DNA from: Octopus sinensis
Lineage: Eukaryota
DNA length: 64,000 bases
Assembly (NCBI RefSeq): GCF_006345805.1
Contig: NW_021833277.1
Location: 1 to 64,000 of the forward strand
Direction: 5' to 3'
Under the pieces are notes generated by a model. That model did no database searches, was not told the DNA's origin, and saw nothing but the letters and a program-made list of their open reading frames with translations. A program made the position numbers and the translations under genes. Below, in pieces: positions 1 through 13,182 of this stretch. Position 1 is the first letter of the stretch; every line of letters begins with the position of its first letter.

Positions 1-1077
1 CAAAGAGTATTCGATAACGAAATTGAACTTTTATCTGATAACTAGGGCAACCAAAAGTCATATAATGCTTATCACAAAATAAGGTCATTTTGTGTTTGTT
101 TATATTAATTAAATATTTTAATTATATTTTTTAACTATTTAAACACTTATTGTTACAGTAAATAGAGATACCAGGAAATAGCGATCCGAAGTAAAATAAT
201 TATAAAATTTTATATTGTCCAAATAGAGAAATCTATAAAGACAAATACTGTGCAGGACGATTTTTTCGTTAATTTGATAATTTTATAAATTAATAAATAG
301 CTTACTACAAAATCTGCTTTAAAATCGTACAGGATAATGAAAATATTTGCTTAAGAATAGATTCGTTTATTGTTTGAATTGTTAATTTTTTAAATGTTTA
401 AATGACGCTTTTTGTTAACAATTTAGTCAATTTCGCGTTTAAATCTTTATGGAGTGTATTTAGTTTCGATTTCATTTTATTTAAACAAAAATGAAAATAT
501 GGAAAAGTAATTCAAATTCTTTTTTTTTTGAAATAGCAATAGTTGTCTATTTTCGATTGCAATCATAAAAGAACAAAGGAACGAATCTGAAGGAACGAAT
601 TTCATTGGCGGTACTGAGTGTTGACGGTAAATTCGCATTGACTAGATAATCAATAATCTGATCCCTTTCATAATTGCACATCGATAGATATCCCATGCTC
701 AATAAAATTTATTATTTTTTGCAAAAAATAAAAACATTTTCAAAAATAAAATGATTATTACTAATAGACATATAAATTGCTTAATTTATTTATATTTGAA
801 TACTATGCGCTCTATTTACTACGGATCGCTATTTCCTGGAATCCCTATTACTGCGACACTTATTAATAGGTCATATAAGTCATATTCAATAATAAAGTTA
901 TATTATAAAAATAAAGTCATATTCAAATTTTTGTATATTTTAATGAATTAGATTAATATTTTTTTTAATATAAATATTTGAATAATAATATTTGAATTAT
1001 TTTTTTATAACGTGAGATATAATCGGTTTTTTGTTGAGTGAGATAAAGGTTTTTATATAAAAGAGGTATATTAATAG

Positions 1078-2070
1078 ATGCCTAAATCAAAAAAATCTAA
1101 TGAATTCAAACTCTCTAAAATATTAAATAAATATCCGCACGAATTTACGAGAAGTACTAATGGGGGACTTACTTGCAAGTTCTGTTGTGTTTCGGTAAAC
1201 TTGTCAAAAAGTTTTAACGTGGAACAACACAGACAGACGGAAATGCATAAAAAAGAAGTAAAACACACGACTTGCATCAATCGAAATTGATTGCAATTCC
1301 AAATGATTTTTGTTTAAAATTGGTTTCGATGATGACGGGTGTGAATATCCCTCTTTATAAGATTCGTCACAATCTTTTTTCTAAGTTTTTCGACGATTTG
1401 GGATTTTCTGTTCCATCAGAAACCTATTGTCGCAAATTGGTATATGATAATTATCTTCTAAATTTTGAACGAATAAAAAATCTTATTTTAAATTTGAAAA
1501 TATTTTTGATTGTTGATGAAACCCAATTTTCAAATAATAAATTTGTGAATGTTTTTGGGGGGACTATTTGTAATCCATCGAAAATTTATCTATTAAATTG
1601 CATTTCTGTTGAAATATGTAATACTTCAGTTATTTGCCAGATAATCGATGAAACTTTAAAGGATTTTAACGTCAAACGATTTAATTTTGTTTTATTGGTT
1701 ATCGACGCTGCATCATACATGATAGCTGCTGCAGAAACATTGTCAATTATGTATAACAATGTTATACACATTACTTGTTTTGCTCATCTTTTACATAATT
1801 GTGCCTTAAAAATGAGTACACACTATGGGGATATTAATAATCTGATTGCCACGATGTAAACTGCATTGCTCAAAAAAAATCTCGAAGAGATCTTTTTGAC
1901 AATATAGAATTACCACCTGAAGTAATAATTACAAGATGGGGAACCTAACTTAGTGCAGCCTTTTACTACTCGAAAAACATGCATACAGTTCGCACTATAG
2001 TTTCTGGTCCTGAATTTAACAAAAAAGGGAAAATCTTAGATAAAGTAAAAACTGCTATCAGTGATAACCA
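1078..2070 (+). pseudogene. hAT-superfamily (DUF659/CGGBP1-like) transposase remnant
   Basis: N-terminal C2H2-like CKFC...H...H, then IVDET, DAASYM, HITCFAHLLH and, past a stop, PPEVIITRWGT*LSA (TRWxxW motif). Frameshift near 1280 and stops at 1857 and ~1950. Confidence 0.7.
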
Positions 2071-2074
2071 GAAG

Positions 2075-2790
2075 AAAATAAGACTTAATATGGAATCTAC
2101 GACAGATCATGATAATTATAACGTGCTAAAAAAAGAAAGGAGTCGTGTTGTCATGGAGATCAAAAAAGGAAGAAGGAAATTTATGTCAGAAAAATACATG
2201 AAAGTGACAGTGAAAATGAGAGGACGGGATACGGAACGAAAATGTTTCGGGCTGTTGAGAGGAGTGCAACCTAAGAATATTTGTATTCACGACAGTTAAG
2301 GAAGAAATTTATTGGATAATAAAGAAAAAACTGGGATTATTGCCGAATACATTTCGTCAAAAAATGATCAGGAACTTGCATCTGTTTTGGAGAAAATTCT
2401 GGACGAATTTGAGAGATGGTGTTCGCACGTTAATCAAGAAAAGACTGAACACATAAGAATCGCAAGGGAATTGAAATATATTGATGAAAGTTGGAGGAAA
2501 AAAGGAAATTGGGATCATTACTTGGTGATAGTGAGGACATGAGAGTTTTAACCTCTGCAATGTACAAGAAAATGCAAAAGATATGGAATCATCGAAAACT
2601 TCAAAAAACAAACATCAAGCTAAAGCTGTACAACGCGTATATAAAACCAGTTCTCATGTATAACTCGGGTACCTGGGGTGGCATAGAGGCAGAGTTACAT
2701 AAAATAGACACGTTTCACATAAAATAACTACGCAATCTACTGGACCTAGAATGGCCAAAAAAGATTCCTAATGGAAAATTATACGCTATG
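2075..2790 (+). mobile_element. Degraded RTE-type LINE fragment, joined to the end of the hAT remnant
   Basis: KLGSLLGDSED, KLYNAYIKPVLMYNSGTWG, *LRNLLDLEWPKKIPNGKLY closely parallel the RT C-terminus at 46093-47160. Confidence 0.7.
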
Positions 2791-2796
2791 ACACGA

Positions 2797-2838
2797 TTGT
2801 TTATTAAATAAACATTCTGTCGCTTATTTAATAAGCAA
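2797..2838. repeat. 15-bp inverted repeat (1 mismatch, 12-nt loop)
   Basis: TTGTTTATTAAATAA (2797-2811) versus TTATTTAATAAGCAA (2824-2838). Confidence 0.7.
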
Positions 2839-3900
2839 AGAATCTACTTTTAGAGATATGTACTCTATAATTTAGTAAAAGATTATTACAATAATTCAGA
2901 AATGTCACGCCGATTATTTTAAATTTATTTTGACGCTTAAAATTATGATATGATTATATTATTTAAATTTGTATTTAAAAATTAACCTAATCGACCTAAC
3001 AAACTTTTTATAAAAACTCTTTTTGGATATTTATTTAAGTAATAACTATTTTTAGACTAAAGTCTAACTCTGAATTGAAATTGACTTTATTGACTTATGT
3101 TGCTCTAATTTATAACTAAATTCGTTTCATCAAATCCTGCGGCTTTTAAGAATATTGAAATTAAATATTCTATAATTTTAAGATTAATAACTAAGAAAAT
3201 TTAAGTTTAATATGTTATAAAAAATTTTTAATGTTAAATTCGAGCATAGGTAGCGCTCGCGACATAATCTTATTCAGTCTTTTTTCTTCACGGCAGTACA
3301 ACAATTTAGTTTTCACATTGTAGAAACACCTTTTTAAAAAAATTTCTGTTTTTTAACTTAGAAAAAGAAAGTGAAAATTCCGAAAAAAAGCCATCCGAGA
3401 CAGATAGGATAAAAATGACTCGTCAAAAAGTCTTTCCTAATTTATATATTCGAGCCTCGATTCAATTTTTAACAAAAACAGCAAGGGGTTATTATTAAGA
3501 AATCGAAGGTGACAAAGATAGCCATTGTGGATAAACTATAAAAATTTCTGTTTTCGCAGAGAAATAAGGCCTATTAGCTTGTTTTGTAGTTTTTAAGAGT
3601 ATGGAATTAGCTTACAATAATAAAGCTTTTGATGATATTAAAATAATGTTTATAAATTGCGAAGACTTTCAACGCTGTGAGGACTACACAATTTGCAAAG
3701 TTTAACTTTGTCTTTTTCAGTCAGGTCATTGAAGCAACCCTCAATTCTCTGTACTTTGTTAGAAACTTTTCTGCGTAATTTGTTCCCGACACATAAAATA
3801 AGTTCAAAACAGATTGAAAGAAAGTTTTTGTTTAAGATTTATTAAATTTATTAAATCAATAGTTTATTGAATCAAAAAATAGACTTTAACTTCAAATTTC

Positions 3901-4408
3901 TTAAAATTTTGAATCACAATTTGAAAAATCAACATCATCTTGATAACTGTAGAAATTATTTTCTGGCCACAAAGAGTAATCTGGGATCAAACTTTTTTGG
4001 GATGAATATAAATTATCTAAATCATTGGATTTGTTGAACAACAAATTGGCCATGACTGGTTCGTCAAAAAATGCAAGTGTGCTTTCACCAAAAATGTCTA
4101 AATTGTTTTTTACCGAAGTATAAATAAATAAAAAATATTCACGACAAAGCGATATTTTAAAATTTAGCATATTCAATCGATTTTCTACGATTTTTTGAAG
4201 TCTTCGTTTATTTTCTCGACATTTTTTAGCAGACTAAGGAAAATCAATTAATATATATACTTCATTATTTTTAAATCTTTTAAAGTAATAAACTTCATCT
4301 TTTTCAGATTCTTTTACTGAAATACGAGGGCGTCTTCGAGGTTTTGTGTCTGAAAGAAACAGAAACTGGTCTATAATTAAAAACAGGCAATAAACTTGAA
4401 TCGCACAT
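3901..4408 (-). CDS. PAR/NFIL3/giant-type bZIP transcription factor (spliced model)
   Basis: Removing a 25-nt intron and the 27-nt intron 4234-4260 gives MCDSNQFLFLSDTKPRRRPRISVKESEKDEVYYFKRFKNNE|SAKKCRENKRRLQKIVENRLNML. This matches the KDxxYxxRRxKNNxAAKRSR basic region. Start and 3' end are uncertain. Confidence 0.7.
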
Positions 4409-4779
4409 TTATTCTATTTCTGCAAAAGTTACTTATATAGTATTTTATTATATAATGTTCATACAAAACACTCATCCGTATCCGTTACTTATGAAAATTT
4501 TTATATAATAATATCAATAATATTGATTTCAAGTATTCAAAAATCACTTAAAATTTTATCAAATGCTATTTTTTGTTATTAAAAATCACAGATTGAGAAA
4601 TTTGTTAAGATTTTTTCGCATAAAGAGTTATTTTTATAATTAATTAAAAAAATGCTTTTGAAAGAATGTTAAGAAAATTATTATTTGAAACTTCCAAATA
4701 GTATAAAAACAGTAAAAAAAGTATAAAACCTAGATGTGTTTTTAAAAATAACTTTCTTTATAAAACATGAATCATGGAG

Positions 4780-5054
4780 ACGTCAGAAGGAGAATCGAGG
4801 ATACCCAACTAAGGCCGTAAAGATAAACTGAACGTTCGATTTATGATAACAAACGCTCCGGAACGGTTCCTTTGGAGGATCTGATCAAGCAGAACTCCAT
4901 ATTGGCGGCTAATGTCGCGGCAAAATCGATCGGCCGTCTAGTACGATCTGTTGTGGGCTCGTGGAAAGTTTACCGAGCGGGGATGAGCTCCCTGGTGGCG
5001 TTTATCGGGATCGCATGACTATTTGTCCGGTTACTGAATGAATGAATGAATGAA
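4780..5054 (+). mobile_element. Probable 3' end of a 5'-truncated LINE with a (TGAA)n tail
   Basis: GC-rich block with an open frame ending ...VAFIGIA*, a short UTR and TGAATGAATGAATGAATGAAT at ~5036-5054. Tail-to-tail with the minus-strand LINE. Confidence 0.4.
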
Positions 5055-5130
5055 TTTTTATTAACGGAAAAGCCGAAAAAAGAGGGAGAAAGTTAATGAG
5101 ACAACGTATGCCTCTTCTTCGTTGTTTCCC

Positions 5131-6250
5131 TCTTTTTTTTTTTTTTTTTTAATATTTAATTCGAGAGGAAAAGGCTCTCTCAAGAACACTTCCAACCGTT
5201 TCCGTCGCGTCTTCCATCACTTGAGGGATGGGTTGGTCCAACTGGAGTCCATTTGCCAATTTGATGGCATATCGCCTCGTCTTTTCGAGCTTAGCGATAA
5301 TGCCATCCTTTCAGCAGTAGGATACCATCCCTCGAACCCGTAGGTAAGCAATGGTTCGACGCACGTTTTATAAACATATAAAAACGTTTCCGGGGAAAGG
5401 TGGAAGTGAATTATGCTCCTGAGAATTTGAGCGCATTTCCTTCTCCTCGAGTCGATGTATCTGAAGTAAGAACCCTTGGATCCAACTTCAACCCCAAGGT
5501 ATTTCAGGTTCTCCGTTACTGTAAACCCATAGAGGTTTCTCGGCGGTTTTCGTTTTGCTCCCTGTTTTGCAATCCAAGTGGCGGTGCACTTTTCTTTTGC
5601 AAGCGTCAGTCCTTTTGATATGCACCATTCTTCCACTCTTGTCACGTATCCTTTTAACTTCCTCCACGAGATGTCTTTTCTCCACGAAGCATCCGTTATT
5701 AATATGTCATCCGCGTAGATCATGAGACGACTGGTAGGATCTTTCGGTTTTGGAATATCAGCAACGTAAATATTAAAAAGCAGGGGGCTCAAGACCGAGC
5801 CTTGAGGTACCCCTCTTTTGAGATCGACAGATTCCGACAAACGGTTTCCGCATCGTATGTATGACCTTCTCATTGATAAATAGCTCTTCAGCCAATTGAC
5901 CGTTTTAGACCCGGGTTTGCTCTTGGCGACACTTTCCAAGAGGCCCAGGTGCCATACGCTGTCAAAAGCTTTTGAGACATCGAGGCAGATAGCAATAGTC
6001 GCTGTATTATTAGCAAGACTAAGCGAGATGACTTTCTCGAGTTCTCCGAAACAATCACCACAGGATCTTTTTCGTCGGAATCCCCACTGCTCTACTGCAA
6101 GTGCACCTGATTCCTCTACGAAGTTCGAAAGTCTTGTGAAGACAATCCGTTCCATAATTTTAGAGACGGAGCATATTAGGCTTATCGGCCTATAGTTCTC
6201 TGCATGGTCCTTTATTTTTCCAGGCTTTGGAATCATACGTACGATTGACT
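5131..6250 (-). mobile_element. 5'-truncated non-LTR retrotransposon, reverse transcriptase (Jockey/I-group-like)
   Basis: NYRPISL, QWGFR, LDVSKAFDSVWH, GVPQGSVLSPLLFNIY, YADD, KYLGV. A19 tract (plus-strand T run 5131-5149) downstream of the ORF. Confidence 0.9.
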
Positions 6251-6839
6251 TTACTATTGCGGTCTTTGTGTTTAAACAAATAAATATAGCCAAATTAAAA
6301 TTTTATGTTATTTTACCGATTTATGTTATTTTACCGTTTCTTTAAGTTTTAATGAAAATTGAAAGAAAATGATTATTGATACCCAAACAAAACACATCTC
6401 TTCAAAATTTTATAAAAACAAATAAAAGAATAATTTTTTGAATTTAAGATTGTTCTAACTCAAATTGCAAATATGTCCTAATGATAAGAGAGGAAACAAA
6501 TTGTTGCAAAATTTTAATTATGTTGATAAAAGTTTTGAAATTACAAATCTAGCCGAGGTGAAAAAACCAAAATGAGGTCATCCGATGAGTCATCAATTAC
6601 GAGTGAAGATACAGAAACTCATCATTATTGATTTTAACAACCACTCGTATTATTTGTTTAGAAATTTCGAATCCCATTTGTTTTACTACGCTTTCGGGAT
6701 TAACAATTTCATTGTCATAATAAATCTTATTGATTCCACAGTTTATATTCTTTAAATCGTGATTACTCAGTAGTGGAGTTATGCAGGATTCAATTCTTGT
6801 TCGAACCTCTCCACCTTTCAGTAATTTATACGTATAAAG

Positions 6840-8452
6840 CCTCCAATTTTCATTAATAACACCAATCATCGTAACAAGGAGCGACATTCATTTGTCAGTA
6901 CATATTTCAATCCGAATTCAACTACTCAAACAAAATACAGTCAAAATAATTTCATTAACAACATTCCAAATACAACATCAGAGAAAACAAATAATATAAA
7001 TCCAGTTCGAAATAAGTCAAAGAAAAACGATTTTATTGACACCTGTCATGCAGTTGGCGCACTTTCAAACCCTTGTGATGAGACGAAGATCCGTGCTTTG
7101 CAGTTTCTTCTGAATTCTACAAATCAAAAACAACGTTTCTTTTCTAGAATACGGTATTTATTTTTTCAAGTTTGTTCAGATTGTTTGGGGGGATTCAAAA
7201 ACTATGCCATCTTTTACGTCATGAAAATATAGCCATCCTGTCTCCCTTGCTTAAAATCCTAGATAACATGACTATCAGAAGAGACGAAGAAGGTGAAAAA
7301 ACCTGCGTAAAAAAAACTTGTAAGTGAATTAGAAAATTTTAATGGAATCAATTACTATTCTGAGCAAATTGATTTACTCTGAAAATGACAATTTTGAAAT
7401 TGAGTTACAAGCCGCAATCATTTTAAAAAACATATCTCAGCATCAGGCAAGATCGATCATATCTAACAAATAGTGGACTCACATATCAATATTCGAGGCT
7501 ATAATCGCTCTCTTGGAAAAGGTTGTACAAAATTTTGCTAACAATTTCTCCGACCCTAAAAAGAGAAAATTATGTTTAACTATTAACAAACCTCCTTTAA
7601 ATCAAGTTCACTACTTACTGGAATGCCTTTTGTATCTAAACCGACTCTAACGTTATCTAGAAATTGTTGGAAGATGAATTGTGTCAATTCGCTCTATCTG
7701 AAAGAATTTCTATTTTAATAAACATGTTGGAGGTGATAAAACTTGCAGTTATATTTCGCAACATTAATCAAAGCACAGTGATCCTTATTTATGAAATTTT
7801 GAGACTTATGTCTATTTTTATGAAAGTAAAATATCTTCCAGACAAACAGAAAGGCTTATTTTGTTTAATTTAGTAATTTATAATTATAGTCTTTAAACAA
7901 ATGGCTAAGAAGAAAAGAAGAAACTACCCAGATAATTCGTTGTAGCAAAGTAATAATGTGACCAGATTTGCAATGTATTGGCTGAATAATGTGCAAGAAA
8001 CCTTTATTTATGTTCTTATTAAAAGCTCTGAGTCACTATATGTAGAATATATAATCGGAATATTTACTAATCTCATTGTGGGAGATCCAAAAGTAAGCAT
8101 TCATTAGCATTTCTTAGTTTTCCTCTCAATTCAAAGAGAAGATGAAAGAAAATGATGGATTATTTGCTATTCTTAATTTATTGAGTCTAGATTCTCCAGA
8201 AATGATGCTGGATATACTCTCTCTCCTAAGTATTTTGTCTCAGGATCCAGTTATCGGAAGTATTCTTGGTCACCATTAATTTCAAAACGATATGCAGGTT
8301 TTCATGGTCTCAGGCACGTTACAAATTTAATGGATAAAATAACAAGATTTGAAAAGTTTGGCAAAAATGAAAAAATTGTTCACCTTTCATTAAATCTTTT
8401 CTACTTTATTCTGAAACGGTCGAAAAATTATGAGCCTGAATTGTGTTTTTAA
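6840..8452 (+). CDS. Armadillo-repeat protein, p120/delta-catenin-like (multi-exon, tiny introns)
   Basis: Exons translate to GGIQKLCHLLRHENIAILSPLLKILDNMT, ITILSKLIYSENDNFEIELQAAIILKNIS, VEYIIGIFTNLIVGDPK|FSSQFKEKMKENDGLFAILNLLSLDSPEMMLDILSLLSILSQDP and GFHGLRHVTNLM, paralleling the p120-family ARM repeats. 5' end not resolved. Confidence 0.55.
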
Positions 8453-9419
8453 AGTTTCAATATTTATAGATTTTTTATTAAGTTTCGGGGAATACAAGTT
8501 TTGATTGAATTCAAAACAAAATATAAACAATATTCAAAGAAGGTGGAAAAGGTAAACATTTTTTGAAAGTTTAGTAGATTCTGAAGTTATTTTTGAGAGA
8601 TAAAAATATTCAAAACAACTTAAATGGCTTTAAAATCAATCATTTTATAAATGAAAAGTATTTTTACGACGTATTTTATATTGATAGTATATCCAAAGTT
8701 GAATCTATTAGTTTGAGGAAATCAATGAAAAATACAGACTTCAAAAAACATTGGCGGTATTCTTCATTCCACAAATATCATTTTAAATGCTTCAATTTTA
8801 TTTGATAAAATATTTTGTGTTATTTTGCAAGTCAAAAAATAATTTTAAAAGATCTTTCCGTTTGTTGTCGTATAAACACATTTTTTAATTTTTAAAATAC
8901 TTTTCTTACAATTTTTTATTACAAATTTACAAAATTATTTAAAAAATTCACAATTTACTTATAAGACACGTAGAAAGTCATTTAAAAAATAAAATTCATA
9001 TGAAAGTACTCTTTTCGAACTCTCAAAGTATCGACTCTGATTGCAAAGAAAAAGACGATCAACCCGAACCAAGTCTGCATAGGCCAGAATAGATGATTAA
9101 TAAATTAGAGTTTAAGAACGTCTTTAAATTCATTTTTTATTTTCAGATTGATAATTTGAGTGATATATTACTAATTATATAAAATGTTTATCCGAACGGA
9201 CATTTTAAATAAAATTAAAGGAATACTTTAAAATGAGTATTTCAACCAACAAGAAAATCTTGAAAACAAAGAAAATTAATATTTTTATGCACAGAAACAA
9301 CAAACTTTCTAAACAAGCGACATTCCAAAGGTGTGCATTAAGGTGGATCTGGGTTAAACTCTCAGTCGGAACAATTTAAAATAAGGTCATCGGGGGAATA
9401 AATATTTTAAAGGTGATTT

Positions 9420-9930
9420 GACTTTTTGAGGGACGATAAAACATTTATACAATTTTCATTGTCGCAACTGCCGAATTTTTTGAGCGAACGTCGTGGGAAA
9501 GTGTGCGTCGGGAACGAGAGTTCAAAATCACGCTTATTGCCCAATGGTGTACCCCAGGGTTCTCCTTTATCCCCGACCCTCTTCAACTTGTTTCTGAATG
9601 ATCTCCCGGTTCCTATGGAAAATAATGACATACTACTCTCCTATGCCGATGACATAGTTGTCGCATCTAGGGATGTAAATGTCGAATACGCGAAGGAAAG
9701 ACTACAAAGAATACTGGACGACTTATATGGATGGCTATATGAAAACAGACTACATGCATGTTCCGAAAAGTCAGCAGTCACTCTATTCACCTCGTAGAGG
9801 CAAATGGGGGGATCGTGGAAATGGACCACAAACCATTCACCGTACATACAGAAAGTGTGTGGGGTCACGGTCGGAACATTGTGAAAAGATGCCTCGACTG
9901 TTGAGAAGTGTCGAAATCACCTGAACGTGT
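9420..9930 (+). mobile_element. Ingi/Vingi-like LINE reverse transcriptase fragment
   Basis: GVPQGSPLSPTLFNLFLNDLP, LLSYADD, SEKSAVTLFT, then a stop. Confidence 0.8.
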
Positions 9931-10249
9931 TAGTTAATGGTTAAGACGGTGATTTTGTTTGGCCTAAATAATAATAATTGTCTCAACTGCCCCATTTCCA
10001 ATGCCAGCTCAACAAAATAATCAAAAACAGAAATTCCTCTCAAAGCCTAACTAACATGTAAGCAATACCAAAGTCGACTATTTCATAACATTAACTTTTT
10101 GGGACTTAAGTTATATCCATGTCGAAGCTGAAAGAATTATCTCTTACCCTCCACATGAATCTAATTATAAAATTAGGTTCACAATAAATTTGAAATATAA
10201 ATTATATAATTTAATAATTTAGTTTTTGTTGTGCACTTGATTTTGACTG

Positions 10250-10966
10250 ATGGATTCTGAAAATGAAATTTCTGAATTTTTTGATGCTGACGAGACTTCT
10301 AATTTAGAGGAAATAAATGAAGAAATTAATGTAGAATTATCACCAGAGGAATTAGATGTAAAATTATGAACAACATTCTAGAAACTAAAAAATGATATTC
10401 TCAAAGAAAAAAGCATCGGAAATGAATTTTTCCAAAACAAAAAATACATTCAAGCCATAAATAAATATTCAGAAACTTTGAAGTTGTGTCCTTCGGAATA
10501 TTTTCCTGACATTAAAGCCAATTTATACCACAACACAGCAATCTCGTTAAAATATCTTGTTATTAAACAAAAAATAAATATTTAGTCCCAAGACTCAGAA
10601 GCCATCGAAAAATGTACCAATGCCTTGGAATTTGATCCAAATTATATCAAAGCTTATCTTCTGAGGGCAAAACTTTATGAAAAAACCGAAAAATTGGAAG
10701 ATGCTTTAAAAGACTACAAAAAAGTGTTGGAACTCGACCCAAAAAACCAAGTCGCTCTCAAAGGAAATTTTGAATTGCCCCCTCTGATTGAAACCAGGAA
10801 CGAGAAATTAAAAACAGAGGCAATGGGTTGGGTTGGTGTATTAATTTTGTTAGCTAAATTAAAAGAATTAGGGAATATGGTTTTAAAACCATTTGGACTG
10901 TCGACAGATAACTTTAAATTTGATAAAGATAAAGGAGGCGGGTATTCTGTCAATTTCCAAAAGTGA
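10250..10966 (+). CDS. TTC1: Tetratricopeptide repeat protein 1
   Basis: Acidic N-terminus, TPRs (KSIGNEFFQNKKYIQAINKYSETL; ALEFDPNYIKAYLLRAKLYE) and the diagnostic C-terminus LKELGNMVLKPFGLSTDNFKF...YSVNF. Three introns of 24, 27 and 27 nt. Confidence 0.9.
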
Positions 10967-11229
10967 CTATTTTGAATTTTAATTACTGTCTTTATTGAAA
11001 AAAACAATCTTTATTAAATTCGTTTCTTAAGAAGCTCAAAATCTTAGCTTGGGGGCTTAAAAAAGAGCTTAAGATACTAAACAACGTATTTTGGCGGTAT
11101 TTAGAAGGCAAATATGAAAAAAAATAACAATTAAATAAGCGTATAGATTTCTATAGTGACTTGAGAGCTTTAAAGTGCCATTTACTGGATTATTTATTTA
11201 ATTAGAGTACAAACTAAATATTGTTGGGT

Positions 11230-12350
11230 TGTTGTGGTGTAATTTCTTCCCATTTGTAATTTTGTCACATTCATTGTTGTTTTTCATTGTACTGCCTTAT
11301 TTTCTGTGTATCTCATTGTATTGTCTTATTTTCTGTGTATCCTATTGTATTTTATTCTAATCTATTCATGGAAAAAGTAGATAATCCCACATGCCTTTCT
11401 AGCAAGAAATCAAACAGACGGAAACGTAGAATTAATTGCTCGACCTGTGGGAATTTTTTCCATCTTTCTTGTATTGGTCTTAAGAGGAAGCAGCCATTTC
11501 CCCTCCAGACGTGGAATTTCTTTTCGTGCGTAGTTCCTGGATGGTTTCCACCTCCCTTTGTCCTTCCCGTCTCTGATGCAGAGGATTTCCTGCGATATCT
11601 GTCCGCTTTGCGACGGTGTAGATACATCTCAAAGGCAGCCAGGTTACTTGCTGCGGAGAGTCTTGCCACCTTGATCGGAAATACCACGAAGAGACACTCC
11701 GACGCCCTTCCATGGGCAAAACTATTCCTCTCTCCCGTCTACGCTTTGAGCGTCCCGATACAGCAACGAACGGATGGGCAATCCCTTGCTAAAGCTTTGA
11801 AAGCGCAGATCCCTGAATGAATGTCCAATTTCGAGTCCGTTCTCTACCCCCCCTACCGAAGGGACGCCGGCCTTCAGGGAAAAACAGTACTACCTTGCTT
11901 GAAAAGATCGTCGAAGGCAGGTTCTGGGGCACTTGTACCGTACTTCGTACCAACACAGCTCAAAGTTGGTATCCGAAGAGGCGCCGAGGCCGGGGTCCAC
12001 GCTCTACGTGAGTTTGTTAACTCTTCCACTGATTCCCAACGAATTCTGGCCAAGATCGACTTAAAGAATGCATTCAATTCTGTTAGAAGAGACTGTATCC
12101 TTGAAGCTTGCGCCAAAGAAATTCCGTACATCCTACCGATTGTCAACTTGGCATACTCCACTGGGCCCTTTTATTGAGGAACTGTCTATCTATTCCAAAG
12201 TTAACATACGTTTTGAGGACGGCCCAGTGCTATGAGGAAACAGATCTTCTCGAAGACTATTCCGAGCACATGAAAGCTTGCACTGAGGACATCCTCAACG
12301 TCAGCTTCGATACGCAGTCTTGGAGACAGGCGACTCTTCCAATGGCGTCA
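11230..12350 (+). mobile_element. CRE-clade non-LTR retrotransposon, 5' part (PHD finger plus RT fragments, internally deleted)
   Basis: CSTCGNFFHLSCIGL...W (PHD-like); ISKAARLLAAESL; QLKVGIRRGAEAGVHA...KIDLKNAFNSVRRD; LLRNCLSIPKLTYVLRT...SWRQATLP. Confidence 0.8.
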
Positions 12351-12559
12351 CTTTTCCGAAAGAAGGAGAAGTCAAAAACCTATCTTTTTTTAATTTTATA
12401 TTTTATTAAAATGGAAAAATATTAATTCTCTTTAATTTTATTAATATTTGAAATTATTAAATAAATATTTAAAAGCATTAAATATTCTGCTACCAATTAT
12501 TGCTTTGTTATATTCTGACTGTTGTATTTTAATAAATATTAATTTTTAGGTGCCACATA

Positions 12560-13034
12560 ATGTCGTTTCTAAACCAATCGTATCTTCGCATGCTAGATGA
12601 AGATGACACAAGCTCAATTCAGTTCTTAAAACAATTTGTAACTCATAGTGATCAAATATCTGAGCATATATATTTAGTATACACCGCTATGTTTGAAGAT
12701 TCTCCAAATGTTCAATTTAATCAACTCGTGGACGCACTAAATGAGAATATTTCAAGTTTTTGTGAATGGGTTATTAATTTAATTTAAACGATTTAAGAAA
12801 AAAAGATCAAAGGTATTAAAATCGGCTCTTAAAAGAATTAAAACATGTGTTTATGATACTCTGGAATTAGACATTGGTGACACCTGTTCTATATGTCTGG
12901 ACATTTACAAATCAGGGGAGAATGTGGCTAAATTAAAATGCGGTCATTTTTTTCATTTCTCTTGCGTCAAGAAGTGGCTACAAGGAAAAAATTCTCGTAA
13001 ATTATCCTGCCCGTTCTGTAGGGCAAAAGTTTAA
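12560..13034 (+). CDS. Small RING-H2 E3 ubiquitin ligase (2 exons)
   Basis: A 28-nt GT-AG intron at 12770-12797 joins the 12560 ORF in frame to ...DTCSICLDIYKSGENVAKLKCGHFFHFSCVKKWLQGKNSRKLSCPFCRAKV*. All 8 RING-H2 ligands are present. Confidence 0.85.
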
Positions 13035-13086
13035 TATTTCAGTTTTGTTATTTCAATCAATTTTTTAATTTACATAAATTTTTTTT

Positions 13087-13182
13087 AATTTCCCAATTGA
13101 TTATTCTAATCACAAAAATCTTGCCGCTGGCACATAACGCTTTTCTTCTATTTCTGTGATTAGAATAATCAATTGGGAAATT
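13087..13182. repeat. Perfect 28-bp inverted repeat (foldback) with 40-nt spacer
   Basis: AATTTCCCAATTGATTATTCTAATCACA (13087-13114) is the exact reverse complement of 13155-13182. A 13-bp direct repeat AATTTACATAAAT lies at 13067-13079 and 13179-13191. Confidence 0.9.

Noticed and set aside
6597-6887. 96-aa minus-strand ORF as a gene
   Set aside because: No recognisable motif, and it overlaps the 5' region of the plus-strand ARM gene; likely a shadow ORF.
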